Notes under the pieces: model-generated | Database searches by the model: none | Told to the model about the DNA's origin: nothing | What the model saw: the letters and a program-made list of their open reading frames with translations, nothing else | Translations under genes and position numbers: made by a program | Origin: Escherichia phage tunus | Strand: one strand, 5' to 3' | DNA length: 51,111 nucleotides | Sequence record: NC_049816.1 | Shown here: positions 9,359 through 19,003 of the stretch, one piece after another | Layout of the letters: each line of letters opens with the position of its first letter | Numbering within the stretch: position 1 is the first letter of the stretch

Positions 9359-12040
9359 TCAACCTCGCTTGCTCATAACAAATTCGTAAACCTCGCCGCC
9401 CTGCATACAGGAACGTTTAATCATATCAGTAAAGATCATCTTAACACCAGTTTCGATGCCCTTCGGATCGTTTCCGTTAGTGATGCTAACATCAATCCCG
9501 CCGATGTTAAATTGAGGTGCTCCACCAGTTACAGCGCCACCGCCAGTATAGCCGGAACTACCAACAACGCCGCCGTTAGCATAGCCTCGCATCATGCGGT
9601 ACAAGTTTCCTACCCCGATACGCTGCGTCGCCTCCTTCGTCATGACAAATTCACCTTTATGGACAATTCCGGCTGGCTCATACTTCCCGCCGTCGCCAGT
9701 GTATCCACCGCCAGCAAATCCGCCAATATTCTTAAGCAAGCTCCCCATCGTCCAGGTTTGACCACCCATCAGGCCAGATAACGCATTAAAGACAACCATT
9801 TTCGTAATCATCTGAATAATCATTTTGATGATAGCCGTCGAGAAGTCTTTAAAGTTTGCCTTGCCAGTAGCGATAAAATTCGCTAATTGGTTTGTAAGGC
9901 CGTTTAACGCCTCGCTTGCGATCTGCTGAACATTGCCATAGGCATTGTTTGCATCTTGCGCGAACATCTCCCATGCGTTTTTTGCTCCTGCCAACCAGTT
10001 GCCTTGAACCTCATCCTGTGTCTGATAATACTGCTTAAGTTTCGCCTCCATTTGCTGAAAAACTTCATCGCTAACGCTTCCGCCTTGCGCCTCGTAGTCG
10101 GTGCGCAGCTTGCGTAACTCTAGCTCACGCTCGATCTGCTTTTCAGTGTAGCCAAGTTGCTTAAGGCCAAGCACATCAATAGCCGCCTGAGTTTCACGGA
10201 TAAACTTAATGCTATCTTGCTCCAGCTTGTTTTTGCGCTCCTGTAAAACAATCTGATCCCCTAGCTCCGCTTTTTGCCTTGCCATTTCAAGAACGGCTTT
10301 TTGCTCGTTTAGTAGCGCCTGTTCCGCTCCGGTCAATTTACGCTTGCTCTGCGCTTCCTCCAGGATCTCGATCTGCTTTTCGATACTCCATAATGATTTA
10401 CGCTGGCGAGAAATAACATCGTTAACAGTGCGATGCTCTTTAAGCATCTCCAGTTGCGCTTTTAAAACGTACAACTCTTTATCAAGCTGCTCAGTCGGGC
10501 CGCGAACTATTCCACCTTTAGCCTCTTTCTTTTTCTGCTCCTGCTTCTTGATTTCCTCAAGCTCTTTGCGCCTAAACTCCACGTTTTCAGCCGCGCGCTT
10601 TTTCAGTTCTTCATCAGCCGAACGCGCCACATTTTTCTGATCCTCAATAGCTTTGTTTAAAGCCTCCTGTGCTGCGCGCACTCTGTTTAAGGCCAGGTTT
10701 TCTTTGTCGATTCGCTCCGCTCGTTCCGCCATGTCCTTATTCGCATCTTTTACGACCTTTCCAATGTCTTCATAAGTGTTAAGTGCAAACTTAAGCATAG
10801 GGTTAACATAGCCAAGCTCCTTACCTAACAGGCCGCCGGACGGGGAAGCGTAATCACGCTTCGCTTTCAAAACCTCATACCACGAATCGCCCAACTCAAG
10901 GACTTTGTTTTTGTGGTTTGCAATTTCGTTATTCAAGCTGACAAAGCTAGACGCGCCCTTGTACTCGTTGACTTTCTTTTTTGCGTCATCATAAGTCATG
11001 CCAACGTCAACCAGTTTTTTAATCGCCTCGCTCGCGCCGTCTTTCGTAGTGATGTAAGCCTTTGCAAGATCTTCGGCGCTTTCGCCTGTCTTGTCGGAAA
11101 GCTCCTGTATTCCGGTAGCAATCTTTTCGGCAAAATCACCAGTCAAGCCAGTTGTTTCCTGAACGGTTTTTTTAATTGCCTCAAACTCTGTCTGTGTTTT
11201 GTAGGCATTATATGCAGCAATTGCCAGCGTACCGGAAAGCAAGCCAAACGCCACGTTTACCGGATTCAGGAAAGATAGCAACGCTTTTAAAGCATTGGAT
11301 GCGCCACCAAAAGAATCCTTAATCTGTCCGCCCTGCTGGATTGCGACCAACCAAACAGGCATTCCAGAAGCAAGTGAAGTCACCACGTCTGTGATCTGCA
11401 TTGGCAATTGCGCCATTGCTTGTTTGTATTGGCCCGTAGAAATTCCAAGTTTTTGGATCTGCTTTTCCTGCTCTTTCAGCCTTGCGATGTAAGGCGCTGC
11501 CTCCTGGCTAACACCAAGCTGTGCCGCTTTCATTTCCAGCAATTCAGACTTGCTTTTTCCGGCTGCTTCTTCCTGCTCACGCAAAGCCTGGACGAATTTT
11601 TTAGCCTCTTCCGCTGCACGCGCTTTGTTCTTTGATTCCTCAAGCGCCGCGCGGCCTTCCTCCGTCATCGCTTTTTTTGTTGCGATCAGCTTGTTTTGCT
11701 GCGTCTCAAGAATTGATCCAAGCTCAAAAAAAGTCTCATCAGGAACAATGCCCTTTTTCCATAGCGCATCAAGCTGTGTCGCTGCCTTTCGCAGCTTATC
11801 CATCTTTGACGCGGTGGGATCAATTGACTCCTGGATTTTCTTAAATTCTGCTTTCTGGCGCGCCAGTTCTTCGGCAAACTGTTTTGCTTGCTGTCGCGCC
11901 ACAACCTCAGAATCAACAAATTCATTAACGCTTTTTTTTGCGTCGTCGTTTGCCTTCTTGAATTGCTGCAATGATTTAACAGCATTGTTGACCTGCGACA
12001 CGTCAACGCCTAGCGTTAGGCCAGCGTATTTTTCAGCCAT
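9359..12040 (-). CDS. Tail tape measure protein
   Basis: 893 aa, long coiled-coil, Gly-rich C-terminus; RBS GGAGG; follows the G/G-T chaperone. Confidence 0.9.
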   Translation of the reverse strand: MAEKYAGLTLGVDVSQVNNAVKSLQQFKKANDDAKKSVNEFVDSEVVARQQAKQFAEELARQKAEFKKIQESIDPTASKMDKLRKAATQLDALWKKGIVPDETFFELGSILETQQNKLIATKKAMTEEGRAALEESKNKARAAEEAKKFVQALREQEEAAGKSKSELLEMKAAQLGVSQEAAPYIARLKEQEKQIQKLGISTGQYKQAMAQLPMQITDVVTSLASGMPVWLVAIQQGGQIKDSFGGASNALKALLSFLNPVNVAFGLLSGTLAIAAYNAYKTQTEFEAIKKTVQETTGLTGDFAEKIATGIQELSDKTGESAEDLAKAYITTKDGASEAIKKLVDVGMTYDDAKKKVNEYKGASSFVSLNNEIANHKNKVLELGDSWYEVLKAKRDYASPSGGLLGKELGYVNPMLKFALNTYEDIGKVVKDANKDMAERAERIDKENLALNRVRAAQEALNKAIEDQKNVARSADEELKKRAAENVEFRRKELEEIKKQEQKKKEAKGGIVRGPTEQLDKELYVLKAQLEMLKEHRTVNDVISRQRKSLWSIEKQIEILEEAQSKRKLTGAEQALLNEQKAVLEMARQKAELGDQIVLQERKNKLEQDSIKFIRETQAAIDVLGLKQLGYTEKQIERELELRKLRTDYEAQGGSVSDEVFQQMEAKLKQYYQTQDEVQGNWLAGAKNAWEMFAQDANNAYGNVQQIASEALNGLTNQLANFIATGKANFKDFSTAIIKMIIQMITKMVVFNALSGLMGGQTWTMGSLLKNIGGFAGGGYTGDGGKYEPAGIVHKGEFVMTKEATQRIGVGNLYRMMRGYANGGVVGSSGYTGGGAVTGGAPQFNIGGIDVSITNGNDPKGIETGVKMIFTDMIKRSCMQGGEVYEFVMSKRG

Positions 12041-12079
12041 TTTAAAACCTCCAGATATTAAAAAAGCGCCTCGCGGCGC

Positions 12080-12714
12080 TTATGTTTTGTTTGAATGAAT
12101 CATTTCTAGCGCCTTTTGTTCCATGATGCGCAAATCATTTAGCGCCATCTCCCGATCCTCAATCTTGTAAATGTCAAAAAGCATAGGCAAAACGTTATAG
12201 TCGAACCCATACACACTGCCGCTAGTCGATCTCCATTGCGTCTGCATAGCGCAAAACAGATCCCAAGATTGAAACATTGATTCATCAAAAATTACCTCCG
12301 GCGGCTCCTCCCCTTCGTAGTCTGAACGGGATAGGCCGACGGCCTCTAATTGTGCGTCAGTTGGCGGCTTGAGGTAAAACAGGTAAACCGCCCGCTTTAG
12401 TTTTTTACCCGCTGCCCCGCAAGTGCTTTCATATAATGACCAGTCAGCGATAATGACGCAGACGGGTAATAATCCAGCAATTTAGCAACGTTTTCCTCGT
12501 TAAATTCATCTTCCAGATCCCAACCGGAAGCAAGGAAGGTGATCATTTCTACGTCGCTCATCGGCTTTTCTGCCGTGTATCGTTCGTGAATTTCGCTTGC
12601 CTTCTTGTGGCGCACGGTAAAAACAATAACTTGCTCATCACCATTTGGAAGCACGAAAGAAACAGGCAGCTTAAAATCAGGCAGTGGGCCTAACGTTAGT
12701 TTCATCTTTGCCAT
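12080..12714 (-). CDS. Tail assembly chaperone frameshift product (G-T-like, -1 frameshift near 12400-12406)
   Basis: The -1 frame is open from the slippery site A_AAA_AAC to stop at 12080 and joins the track ORF 12080..12277. Confidence 0.6.
12397..12714 (-). CDS. Tail assembly chaperone (gpG-like)
   Basis: 105 aa, RBS AAGGAG; slippery heptamer sits at its 3' end. Confidence 0.7.
   Translation of the reverse strand: MAKMKLTLGPLPDFKLPVSFVLPNGDEQVIVFTVRHKKASEIHERYTAEKPMSDVEMITFLASGWDLEDEFNEENVAKLLDYYPSASLSLTGHYMKALAGQRVKN
12400..12406 (-). other. Programmed -1 ribosomal frameshift slippery heptamer A_AAA_AAC
   Basis: Zero-frame codons GTA AAA AAC TAA at the end of the G-like ORF; conserved position in siphovirus tail operons. 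Confidence 0.6.
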
Positions 12715-12785
12715 CTTAAGATCTCCTTATAGCACTTTTTGTTAAAAGTGGAATTAATTTATTTGATAGATTGATTTTACAGGAA

Positions 12786-12815
12786 TGAAAAAAGGGGCGC
12801 AACGCCCCTTGTTTT
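12786..12815. terminator. Intrinsic terminator (bidirectional hairpin)
   Basis: GGGGCGcaaCGCCCC flanked by A8 and T-rich runs, between major tail gene and G gene. Confidence 0.6.
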
Positions 12816-13476
12816 ACTTAACGTCGGAAGGTAAGAACGTGAATCGGCCTTTCAGAGATACAGAAAGGGAAACAGTTTCCATTTCGTTCATAGTGGTTTG
12901 CGGAATGTCATTAAAAGACAATACGCCAGCCCAGCAACGCATCTCTTTAGCTTTCGGCACGTACATACGCAAAGCGGTTACGTCGCCGGATTCCTCAGCC
13001 TCGCGCAAGATCGGATAAATCGGGTTATCATATTCATGAGCGAAAGTGTAGGTAAGAGAAACCGCGCTCTTGTAGGTCGGTAACTGCTGCTCCTGGTCAT
13101 CAGCCAAACACTGATAAGTGTAATACTGTTGCTCGCCGCCGTCCTGCGCAAGATCCTGTACGCAAGGAACCTCTACCCAAGATTTCACTTCTCGGAAAGT
13201 TGCTGTGTTCTGCCCTTCTGGAAATACGTTTGTATCTTTAGTGCTAACACCCTCAAGAGTAACACTTACATTATCTGATACTTCCTTAACTCGAAGCACT
13301 CGACTAACAAGTTTGCCCCAAGAAGATGTTTCAATAAGAACATAAGCGCCTTTTTTGATGCTTTGAGTGTTTTCGGTTGTAAAAACAGGATTATCAGCAT
13401 TGCTGATTTGAGTCGCGCTAATTGGCTCACCCATATTAACGCCGATGAAAATTTGAGAACCATTAGGCAAGTGCAT
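12814..13476 (-). CDS. Major tail protein (tube)
   Basis: 220 aa, strong RBS AAGGAGG; position immediately upstream of the G/G-T chaperone. Confidence 0.65.
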   Translation of the reverse strand: MHLPNGSQIFIGVNMGEPISATQISNADNPVFTTENTQSIKKGAYVLIETSSWGKLVSRVLRVKEVSDNVSVTLEGVSTKDTNVFPEGQNTATFREVKSWVEVPCVQDLAQDGGEQQYYTYQCLADDQEQQLPTYKSAVSLTYTFAHEYDNPIYPILREAEESGDVTALRMYVPKAKEMRCWAGVLSFNDIPQTTMNEMETVSLSVSLKGRFTFLPSDVK

Positions 13477-13478
13477 GA

Positions 13479-13880
13479 TTATTCCTCCTTTGTGTCAAGC
13501 CTAACACTGAAACGGATCGGTAAGAACCAACCTGTTTCACTTTTTAGTAATGCGTGGACGTTTGCCCCCTCGCTAATATAGCCAGTTTCAAACATTCTAC
13601 CATCATAGAAAAATCTCGCAATCTCTTTAGCCAGCAAACGCGCTTTATCAGTGCCGCCGCCAGGAGGCATAACAATTCCAACCTGAACCAATCCGATATA
13701 AGAAACGCATTTTCTATCAAGAGATATGCGATCTGTGTCGGCTTCCATGTAGTCAAATTTTAACCACATCGAACCATCACCAGGCGGAACAAAATCAACG
13801 TTTTCATAGGCGATCTTGAATCGTGATTCATATTCCGCCGACAGCGCCTTTCTTGCCGCTAACATTAAATCATAGTGCAT
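13479..13880 (-). CDS. Tail terminator / tail completion protein (putative)
   Basis: 133-aa ORF with RBS GAGGG; call is by position only. Confidence 0.4.
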   Translation of the reverse strand: MHYDLMLAARKALSAEYESRFKIAYENVDFVPPGDGSMWLKFDYMEADTDRISLDRKCVSYIGLVQVGIVMPPGGGTDKARLLAKEIARFFYDGRMFETGYISEGANVHALLKSETGWFLPIRFSVRLDTKEE

Positions 13881-14313
13881 TTTTTGCCCTCGAATCCTTT
13901 ATTGCCTTAGTCATATAGGATCGCAGCTTTACCGCCACGATTCCCAGCACGCCGGACGGCGCTTGTTTTGAATGCCCGTATTCAAGCGCATTGGCGTAAA
14001 TAAGCATGTTTGAAAAATAGATTGACCGCACCGCGCCACCGCCCCGCATGATTGCATATATTGCTCGCTTGCCTTCTGCAATGGTTTTACTACCATCGCG
14101 ATCGTATTGATTGAGAGCATATAGCGGCGGCTTGTTTGCTGTTACCTGCCAGTTAGCTTTATATCGGCCCGTATCAACTGGCGAACGCTTTACAAGATCC
14201 TCGTGGACGTTTGTCGCGAACATTTCAACGCAATCAACAAGGCCGCTGCTTACTGAATCAATCCACCTGCTTATATCACCGTGAAATTCCCTGATCTTAT
14301 AATTATCCGCCAT
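13870..14313 (-). CDS. Head-tail joining / neck protein (putative)
   Basis: ATG at 14313 with RBS AAGGAGG; call is by position in the neck module. Confidence 0.4.
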   Translation of the reverse strand: MADNYKIREFHGDISRWIDSVSSGLVDCVEMFATNVHEDLVKRSPVDTGRYKANWQVTANKPPLYALNQYDRDGSKTIAEGKRAIYAIMRGGGAVRSIYFSNMLIYANALEYGHSKQAPSGVLGIVAVKLRSYMTKAIKDSRAKNAL

Positions 14314-14677
14314 GCACAGCAATCCTCCTTAATATCGGACGATAAGCTGCCGTGATGTTAGTCTGTCTGACTGGTCTTGCTTCAACGACAACATAACGAT
14401 CGCCATCAATTTCAATCTGATAACCATTTTTGATCTCAGTTTCATTGGTGAATATCCCCAACTTGTCGGTTACTCGGATTGTTTCACCGTCAACCTCTCT
14501 AGTCCTCGGAGATCTAACAAGCCCATTTATCATCACTGAAATCTCAGGCTTGGTAACTTCCTCTCCGCCGATAATCTCAACCCCTCCCTGCTGCGTGATG
14601 CACTTAAACATACCGTTAGCGTCGCTGAAAAAGTTAATCCCAGCAGTAGCCATTCTTGCAATCTCATTGTAATTCAT
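14303..14677 (-). CDS. Head-tail adaptor protein (putative)
   Basis: ATG at 14677 with RBS GGAG and ATGA overlap with upstream stop. Confidence 0.4.
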   Translation of the reverse strand: MNYNEIARMATAGINFFSDANGMFKCITQQGGVEIIGGEEVTKPEISVMINGLVRSPRTREVDGETIRVTDKLGIFTNETEIKNGYQIEIDGDRYVVVEARPVRQTNITAAYRPILRRIAVHGG

Positions 14678-15093
14678 CGGCAACATCTCCGGCGCAATCC
14701 AGTTACAAGTCCAAAGCCGCCACCGTGCTTACGGTTTAACACTTCGTACATTTTGCCCCACGGCGTTTGTCGGATCTGCTTTCCGCTTGTATCGGAAGAA
14801 ATTCGATCAAAAGTCTGACTAAACTCACCAGTCAGAGTGAACGAGGCAACGCGGCGGGAATAGCTTTCTACGCTTTCACCTTCCTGTTTCATTGCCCCGT
14901 CTAAGGTCATAAGGTGAAGAGTGTAAAGCGCAACCGCTTTCGGGTATGAGTTTTTAAACCGTTTTTTGCAAACAAATTCTTTAGCAATCTCAATCCATGC
15001 CACAATTAAATCGGGATCAACCTGCTGCATTGGTGGGGCCAACTTTACGATTTGCTGAACGATTTCAGCGTCTGTGTAAAATTCATCTACCAT
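14674..15093 (-). CDS. Head completion / connector protein (putative)
   Basis: ATG at 15093 with RBS GGAGAAAAAA; the longer track start lies in a terminator hairpin loop. Confidence 0.4.
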   Translation of the reverse strand: MVDEFYTDAEIVQQIVKLAPPMQQVDPDLIVAWIEIAKEFVCKKRFKNSYPKAVALYTLHLMTLDGAMKQEGESVESYSRRVASFTLTGEFSQTFDRISSDTSGKQIRQTPWGKMYEVLNRKHGGGFGLVTGLRRRCCR

Positions 15094-15137
15094 TTTTTTC
15101 TCCAGATATGACAAGGGGCGCATAAGCGCCCCAATTA

Positions 15138-15404
15138 TTAATATTCGCCGCCATCCTCTAGCTCTTTGCGGCTCTTGCCCTCGGTAGGATCTTTTTTGCG
15201 CTTCTTCTCCGCTTTCTCCTTGATTTGCTCGTTAATTTCGGAATTGTCTTTAACTTCCACATCGCCGCGAGCGATCAGGTATTCAATTGCGGAATCATTA
15301 ATGCGATCTGATTCAATTTCAATTTCATCACCAGGATGATAACGCTTACCGTCCATAATAATCATGCAAACGCCAGTTACTTTAAGTTTTAAAGTTTTGC
15401 TCAT
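15138..15404 (-). CDS. Hypothetical structural-module protein
   Basis: 88 aa, RBS GGAG, Lys/Glu-rich C-terminus; between major capsid and connector genes. Confidence 0.4.
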   Translation of the reverse strand: MSKTLKLKVTGVCMIIMDGKRYHPGDEIEIESDRINDSAIEYLIARGDVEVKDNSEINEQIKEKAEKKRKKDPTEGKSRKELEDGGEY

Positions 15405-15421
15405 TTTGTGTACTCCATAAA

Positions 15422-15450
15422 TAAAAAAGGGGAACCCTTAAGGCTCCCCA
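15422..15450. terminator. Intrinsic terminator-like hairpin downstream of major capsid gene
   Basis: GGGGAaccCTTaagGGcTCCCC with flanking A/T runs. Confidence 0.5.
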
Positions 15451-15460
15451 TGTTATCTAA

Positions 15461-16432
15461 TTAAACTGACTTTTTCAAGCCAGTAATAAGCACCATCGTA
15501 AACGGACGGTAAATCGTAAGGCCAGTACACTTGGAAGTGCAAGGAACCTTGAAATGAAGGTCTTTTGGCTGCGCCGGAAGCATGTTAAACGCTTCTGGAA
15601 TCTCAATGCTCATATTCATTGGATCTTTTTCGTAAACCAAGCAACCTTTAGTACCTTTGCCGTCAATATCCTCAAGCTCTGCGATAGAGTCGATAGTGAT
15701 GCCGCCGTTTTGCTTCTGGAAGTATTCCAGATAACTTTCAGTGGTATTTTCCATTCGAACCGTCAGGACTTTGCGCATGGACGGCGGGATCAGGATGTTA
15801 GTCGCGCGGTGCTGGCCTTTTGTTACTTCCTCGATCGTTTCGATTGCGGCCTCCAGTTCATCGCTTGCCACATCAGGGAACTTGGTGTTTCCATCCTGGC
15901 TCATCCATCCTTTAGAAACAATTTTCGTAAGGTTAGGGTGATCGAAAACGGAAACGATCTTATGAGGCTTGGAACCTTTGAACACCAGGAAGTTAATCAA
16001 CTGATCATGCGCATTTTGCGCAGCGTTAGCCTTGCGAGTTGACAGGCTCTTGCCAGTTCGCTGACCTGCTTTAATCTCATCAATGGAGATCAGAAAAGCG
16101 TTACCCAGGCGGAACACTTTGCCAAACTCAGAAGTCATCAGCGCGTCCACAGTCGGCAGATCGTCGGTGTAGTCGGCGATAATTTTCGCGTAGCCAACCT
16201 TATCAAAAGTCTGATACTCAAAAGTCTTATCAGTATCAGAAAGCTCGTTTGTTACAGGGAATACGCGAAGTGCGGAACCTGCCGGATACTCTTTCTCGTA
16301 TGCCGTTGAACGGATCTTGTGTAGCTCCTGAGCGGTCCAAATACCCATATCAGAAGCATCACCCTTAACGCCCTGAACCTGTAAATGATTTGCTACAATG
16401 GTAGCATCTAATTCATCGTATTTTTTAGCCAT
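15461..16432 (-). CDS. Major capsid protein
   Basis: 323 aa, RBS GGAGG; flanked by terminator hairpins typical of a highly expressed gene. Confidence 0.85.
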   Translation of the reverse strand: MAKKYDELDATIVANHLQVQGVKGDASDMGIWTAQELHKIRSTAYEKEYPAGSALRVFPVTNELSDTDKTFEYQTFDKVGYAKIIADYTDDLPTVDALMTSEFGKVFRLGNAFLISIDEIKAGQRTGKSLSTRKANAAQNAHDQLINFLVFKGSKPHKIVSVFDHPNLTKIVSKGWMSQDGNTKFPDVASDELEAAIETIEEVTKGQHRATNILIPPSMRKVLTVRMENTTESYLEYFQKQNGGITIDSIAELEDIDGKGTKGCLVYEKDPMNMSIEIPEAFNMLPAQPKDLHFKVPCTSKCTGLTIYRPFTMVLITGLKKSV

Positions 16433-16445
16433 TTTGCTTCCTCCA

Positions 16446-16472
16446 TAAAAAAGGCCGTTAAATGTAACGGCC
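16446..16472. terminator. Intrinsic terminator-like hairpin upstream of major capsid gene
   Basis: GGCCGTTaaatgtAACGGCC followed by T7 on the minus strand. Confidence 0.55.
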
Positions 16473-16522
16473 TAGATGATAGCACTTTTTGTTAAACGTG
16501 CAATGTTTTTTTATGCTATTAG

Positions 16523-17305
16523 TTATTCGCCAGCGGTTTTCGTAAATACAATATCAAACTGGTCAGCAACTCCAGAACCATCATTAGCAGTCCAGTTGAC
16601 GTTAACTCTGCCTCCTACACCAGTAGGAACAACAAGACCTGTACGGCTAACGCTGGCAACCTTTGGATCTTGCTCGTTTGTAATTGTCCACTGACCCGTT
16701 TTGTCATCAGCCCAAGTAGGAACAACCGTTACCTTTAATTGAACGTTATTAATCGTCTCTGTTCCCTCTATGTAGCCATTTTCGGCCTCAATGATCGCAC
16801 CAGTAAGAAGGTATTTTCTATGATGAAGCGGCGTTATTCTGACTCCGACTATGTTCATTGTTTCATCAAACTTGTAGAAGTCACCAGTAAAAATCCAGCC
16901 ATCGACGATTTCATCGCCATCACTTTTTGCTACAAAACCATCATTGTTAACATAAACAAGATCGCCATGTTCAGGCGCAGACTCAATCGTTTGAGTTAAG
17001 CACCATACAACCCCTCTTGTTAAAATATTGATAGAATCTCCTTCCTTATAGTCAGAGTATCCGTCTTCCTCGTTAACCGTTGTCGTGATATTGCTCCTTA
17101 TAGCAACACCAGCAACCACAGCATCATACTCTTTATGATCAACAAATATGTTATAACCTTCCACTCTCTCTTTGAAGAAAACAACTTTGCCAGCAATGAT
17201 CGACTCAGATCCGCAAACGCCAGTTCCATCAATATTGTAGCGAGTAGAATCAACCAAACAACCAGGGCAAGAAAGACCCATAACAGATGAATAATCTTTA
17301 GCCAT
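16523..17305 (-). CDS. Capsid-associated protein with C-terminal Ig-like domain (candidate decoration protein)
   Basis: 260 aa; N-terminus paralogous to the next ORF (RYNIDGTGVC vs AYNIDGACVL); C-terminal bacterial-Ig-like segment. Confidence 0.5.
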   Translation of the reverse strand: MAKDYSSVMGLSCPGCLVDSTRYNIDGTGVCGSESIIAGKVVFFKERVEGYNIFVDHKEYDAVVAGVAIRSNITTTVNEEDGYSDYKEGDSINILTRGVVWCLTQTIESAPEHGDLVYVNNDGFVAKSDGDEIVDGWIFTGDFYKFDETMNIVGVRITPLHHRKYLLTGAIIEAENGYIEGTETINNVQLKVTVVPTWADDKTGQWTITNEQDPKVASVSRTGLVVPTGVGGRVNVNWTANDGSGVADQFDIVFTKTAGE

Positions 17306-17324
17306 TTCATTTCTCCTTACATAA

Positions 17325-17356
17325 TAAAAAAGGCGCTCAAGCGAGCGCCTTAATTT
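17325..17356. terminator. Intrinsic terminator-like hairpin
   Basis: AGGCGCTCaagcGAGCGCCT with flanking A/T runs. Confidence 0.5.
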
Positions 17357-17865
17357 TAGCTTGGGAAGACCTGAACTTCAAACAAAGTCAACACATCATC
17401 GCCAGTTCCAAATGTGGTTTTATCTCCCGTGTAAATCCAGTTGGTATTGATAGTGCCAGCACTTTTCACCTTGCCAGTGTTTTCATCAATTTTTACAGGC
17501 TCACGATACGATGGTTTTTTGCTCTTGTCGGTATCATCGCCAACCATCCAAACGCGGCCCTCTGTCATAACGTTGATTCCGCCGCCAGCCTCATAAACCA
17601 TTCGTCCATTATCAGCCGTAGTTTGAAAGTGCGAACGGATGCCAACGCCATAAGGAACATCACCACTACCAGAAATAGCGTCGATCAGCTTATTACCCAT
17701 TGAGTCAACGCCTTTTAGCTTAACAGCCACGCCAACCAGGATTGGGATGCCGTCTTCCTTGTCAAGAACACAAGCGCCGTCGATGTTATATGCCGAAGTA
17801 TCGGATACCTGACCAGGAAGCGCACGCGCCATAGTGTCAAAATAACTTGCTCCAATTTTAGCCAT
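17356..17865 (-). CDS. Capsid-associated protein, paralog of 16523..17305
   Basis: 169 aa, RBS AAGGAG; shared motifs with downstream paralog. Confidence 0.5.
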   Translation of the reverse strand: MAKIGASYFDTMARALPGQVSDTSAYNIDGACVLDKEDGIPILVGVAVKLKGVDSMGNKLIDAISGSGDVPYGVGIRSHFQTTADNGRMVYEAGGGINVMTEGRVWMVGDDTDKSKKPSYREPVKIDENTGKVKSAGTINTNWIYTGDKTTFGTGDDVLTLFEVQVFPS

Positions 17866-17877
17866 TTTAATTACTCC

Positions 17878-18993
17878 TTATTTCAGTTTCTCAAAACGAG
17901 CGTTAGGATTCAGCTTAGAACCTGCGTCATCCTGCTTTTCATTCGCGAAAGAGTCACCTTTAATGCTCTTACGCTGCGCCGCCATTTTATCAGAGTTTTT
18001 GGCGATGTCGAAAGCTGTTTCGATATAGGCATCAGTTTTATCAGAAACGTCATTGCCCATAACTTCCTTGATGTATGCAACCTTGATTGCTTTCGCATCC
18101 AGGCCGTCGCACTTGATGCCTAACTCTTTAGCGTCTGCCACTAATTGAGCATATTGCTCGGCATCTTCTTTGGCCTTCTTGACTGCGGCATCAATCTGAT
18201 CCTGAATGCCATCTACTTTGGTTTGCAGTGCGTCTCGCTCAGCTTCCAGGCTGTCAGCCTTTTCTTTCTGAGCTTTGGTATCAGCTTTCAGTGATTCAAT
18301 GTGATCCGCAACCGCTTTCGGCACGTCAAACTCTACAGCGCCATCCAGTTTAATTTTTACAGTCATGATTTGATCCTCTTTGTTGTTAATAACGTCGTCA
18401 CTATACGGAAAATCTTGCTGGCTATCAAGGTTTAATTTTGCAATGCCAGCTCGACCTCGGAAAACTAACGCGATGTGGTTTACCTTGATTTCAGTCTGGA
18501 TTGCATCAAACTTAACCCAATCAGGAGAATCAGGTTTCCAGTCTTCGCTAACGTCCTCATCGAAAACGTACTCACCAGTTTTATTATTGCCCCAGCCTGG
18601 TTTATCAATATCAACCGATGTATAACCAACTGAAATTTCAGCCGTGTCTCGCTTCTTTGCGCTTTCGATTGCTCGTTTTGAGTAAATGCTTAACGGAACC
18701 TCTACGCCGATCCCGTTAGGCACACCAGCGCCAGCACAAGAACCAACCACAACCTTTTCGGCATTTTCTGGCGTTACCGTGACGTGACCAACCGTGACCG
18801 GCTTCCCTGCAAAGGTGGCGAGCGAGTCGGCCTTGAATACTTCTGACGCAGGGCGAAATTCTCGGCGCTCACCGAAAGGAGTCTGATAGACTTGTAAACC
18901 AATTCGCGCCACGATAGGGCGATCAACTAAAAACCCGTTATCATCAAAGTGCGCCTTTACTTTGGCGCTATCAAATCTTTGTTTTGCCTTCAT
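17878..18993 (-). CDS. Prohead protease / scaffolding fusion protein (putative)
   Basis: 371 aa; globular N-terminal half, coiled-coil Ala/Lys/Glu/Asp-rich C-terminal half; between minor head and capsid genes. Confidence 0.55.
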   Translation of the reverse strand: MKAKQRFDSAKVKAHFDDNGFLVDRPIVARIGLQVYQTPFGERREFRPASEVFKADSLATFAGKPVTVGHVTVTPENAEKVVVGSCAGAGVPNGIGVEVPLSIYSKRAIESAKKRDTAEISVGYTSVDIDKPGWGNNKTGEYVFDEDVSEDWKPDSPDWVKFDAIQTEIKVNHIALVFRGRAGIAKLNLDSQQDFPYSDDVINNKEDQIMTVKIKLDGAVEFDVPKAVADHIESLKADTKAQKEKADSLEAERDALQTKVDGIQDQIDAAVKKAKEDAEQYAQLVADAKELGIKCDGLDAKAIKVAYIKEVMGNDVSDKTDAYIETAFDIAKNSDKMAAQRKSIKGDSFANEKQDDAGSKLNPNARFEKLK

Positions 18994-19003
18994 TTAATAC
19001 CTC

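Noticed and set aside
9512-12098. Multiple plus-strand ORFs inside the tape measure and other structural genes
   Set aside because: All are antisense to long, motif-supported minus-strand genes and lack RBS; typical shadow ORFs.
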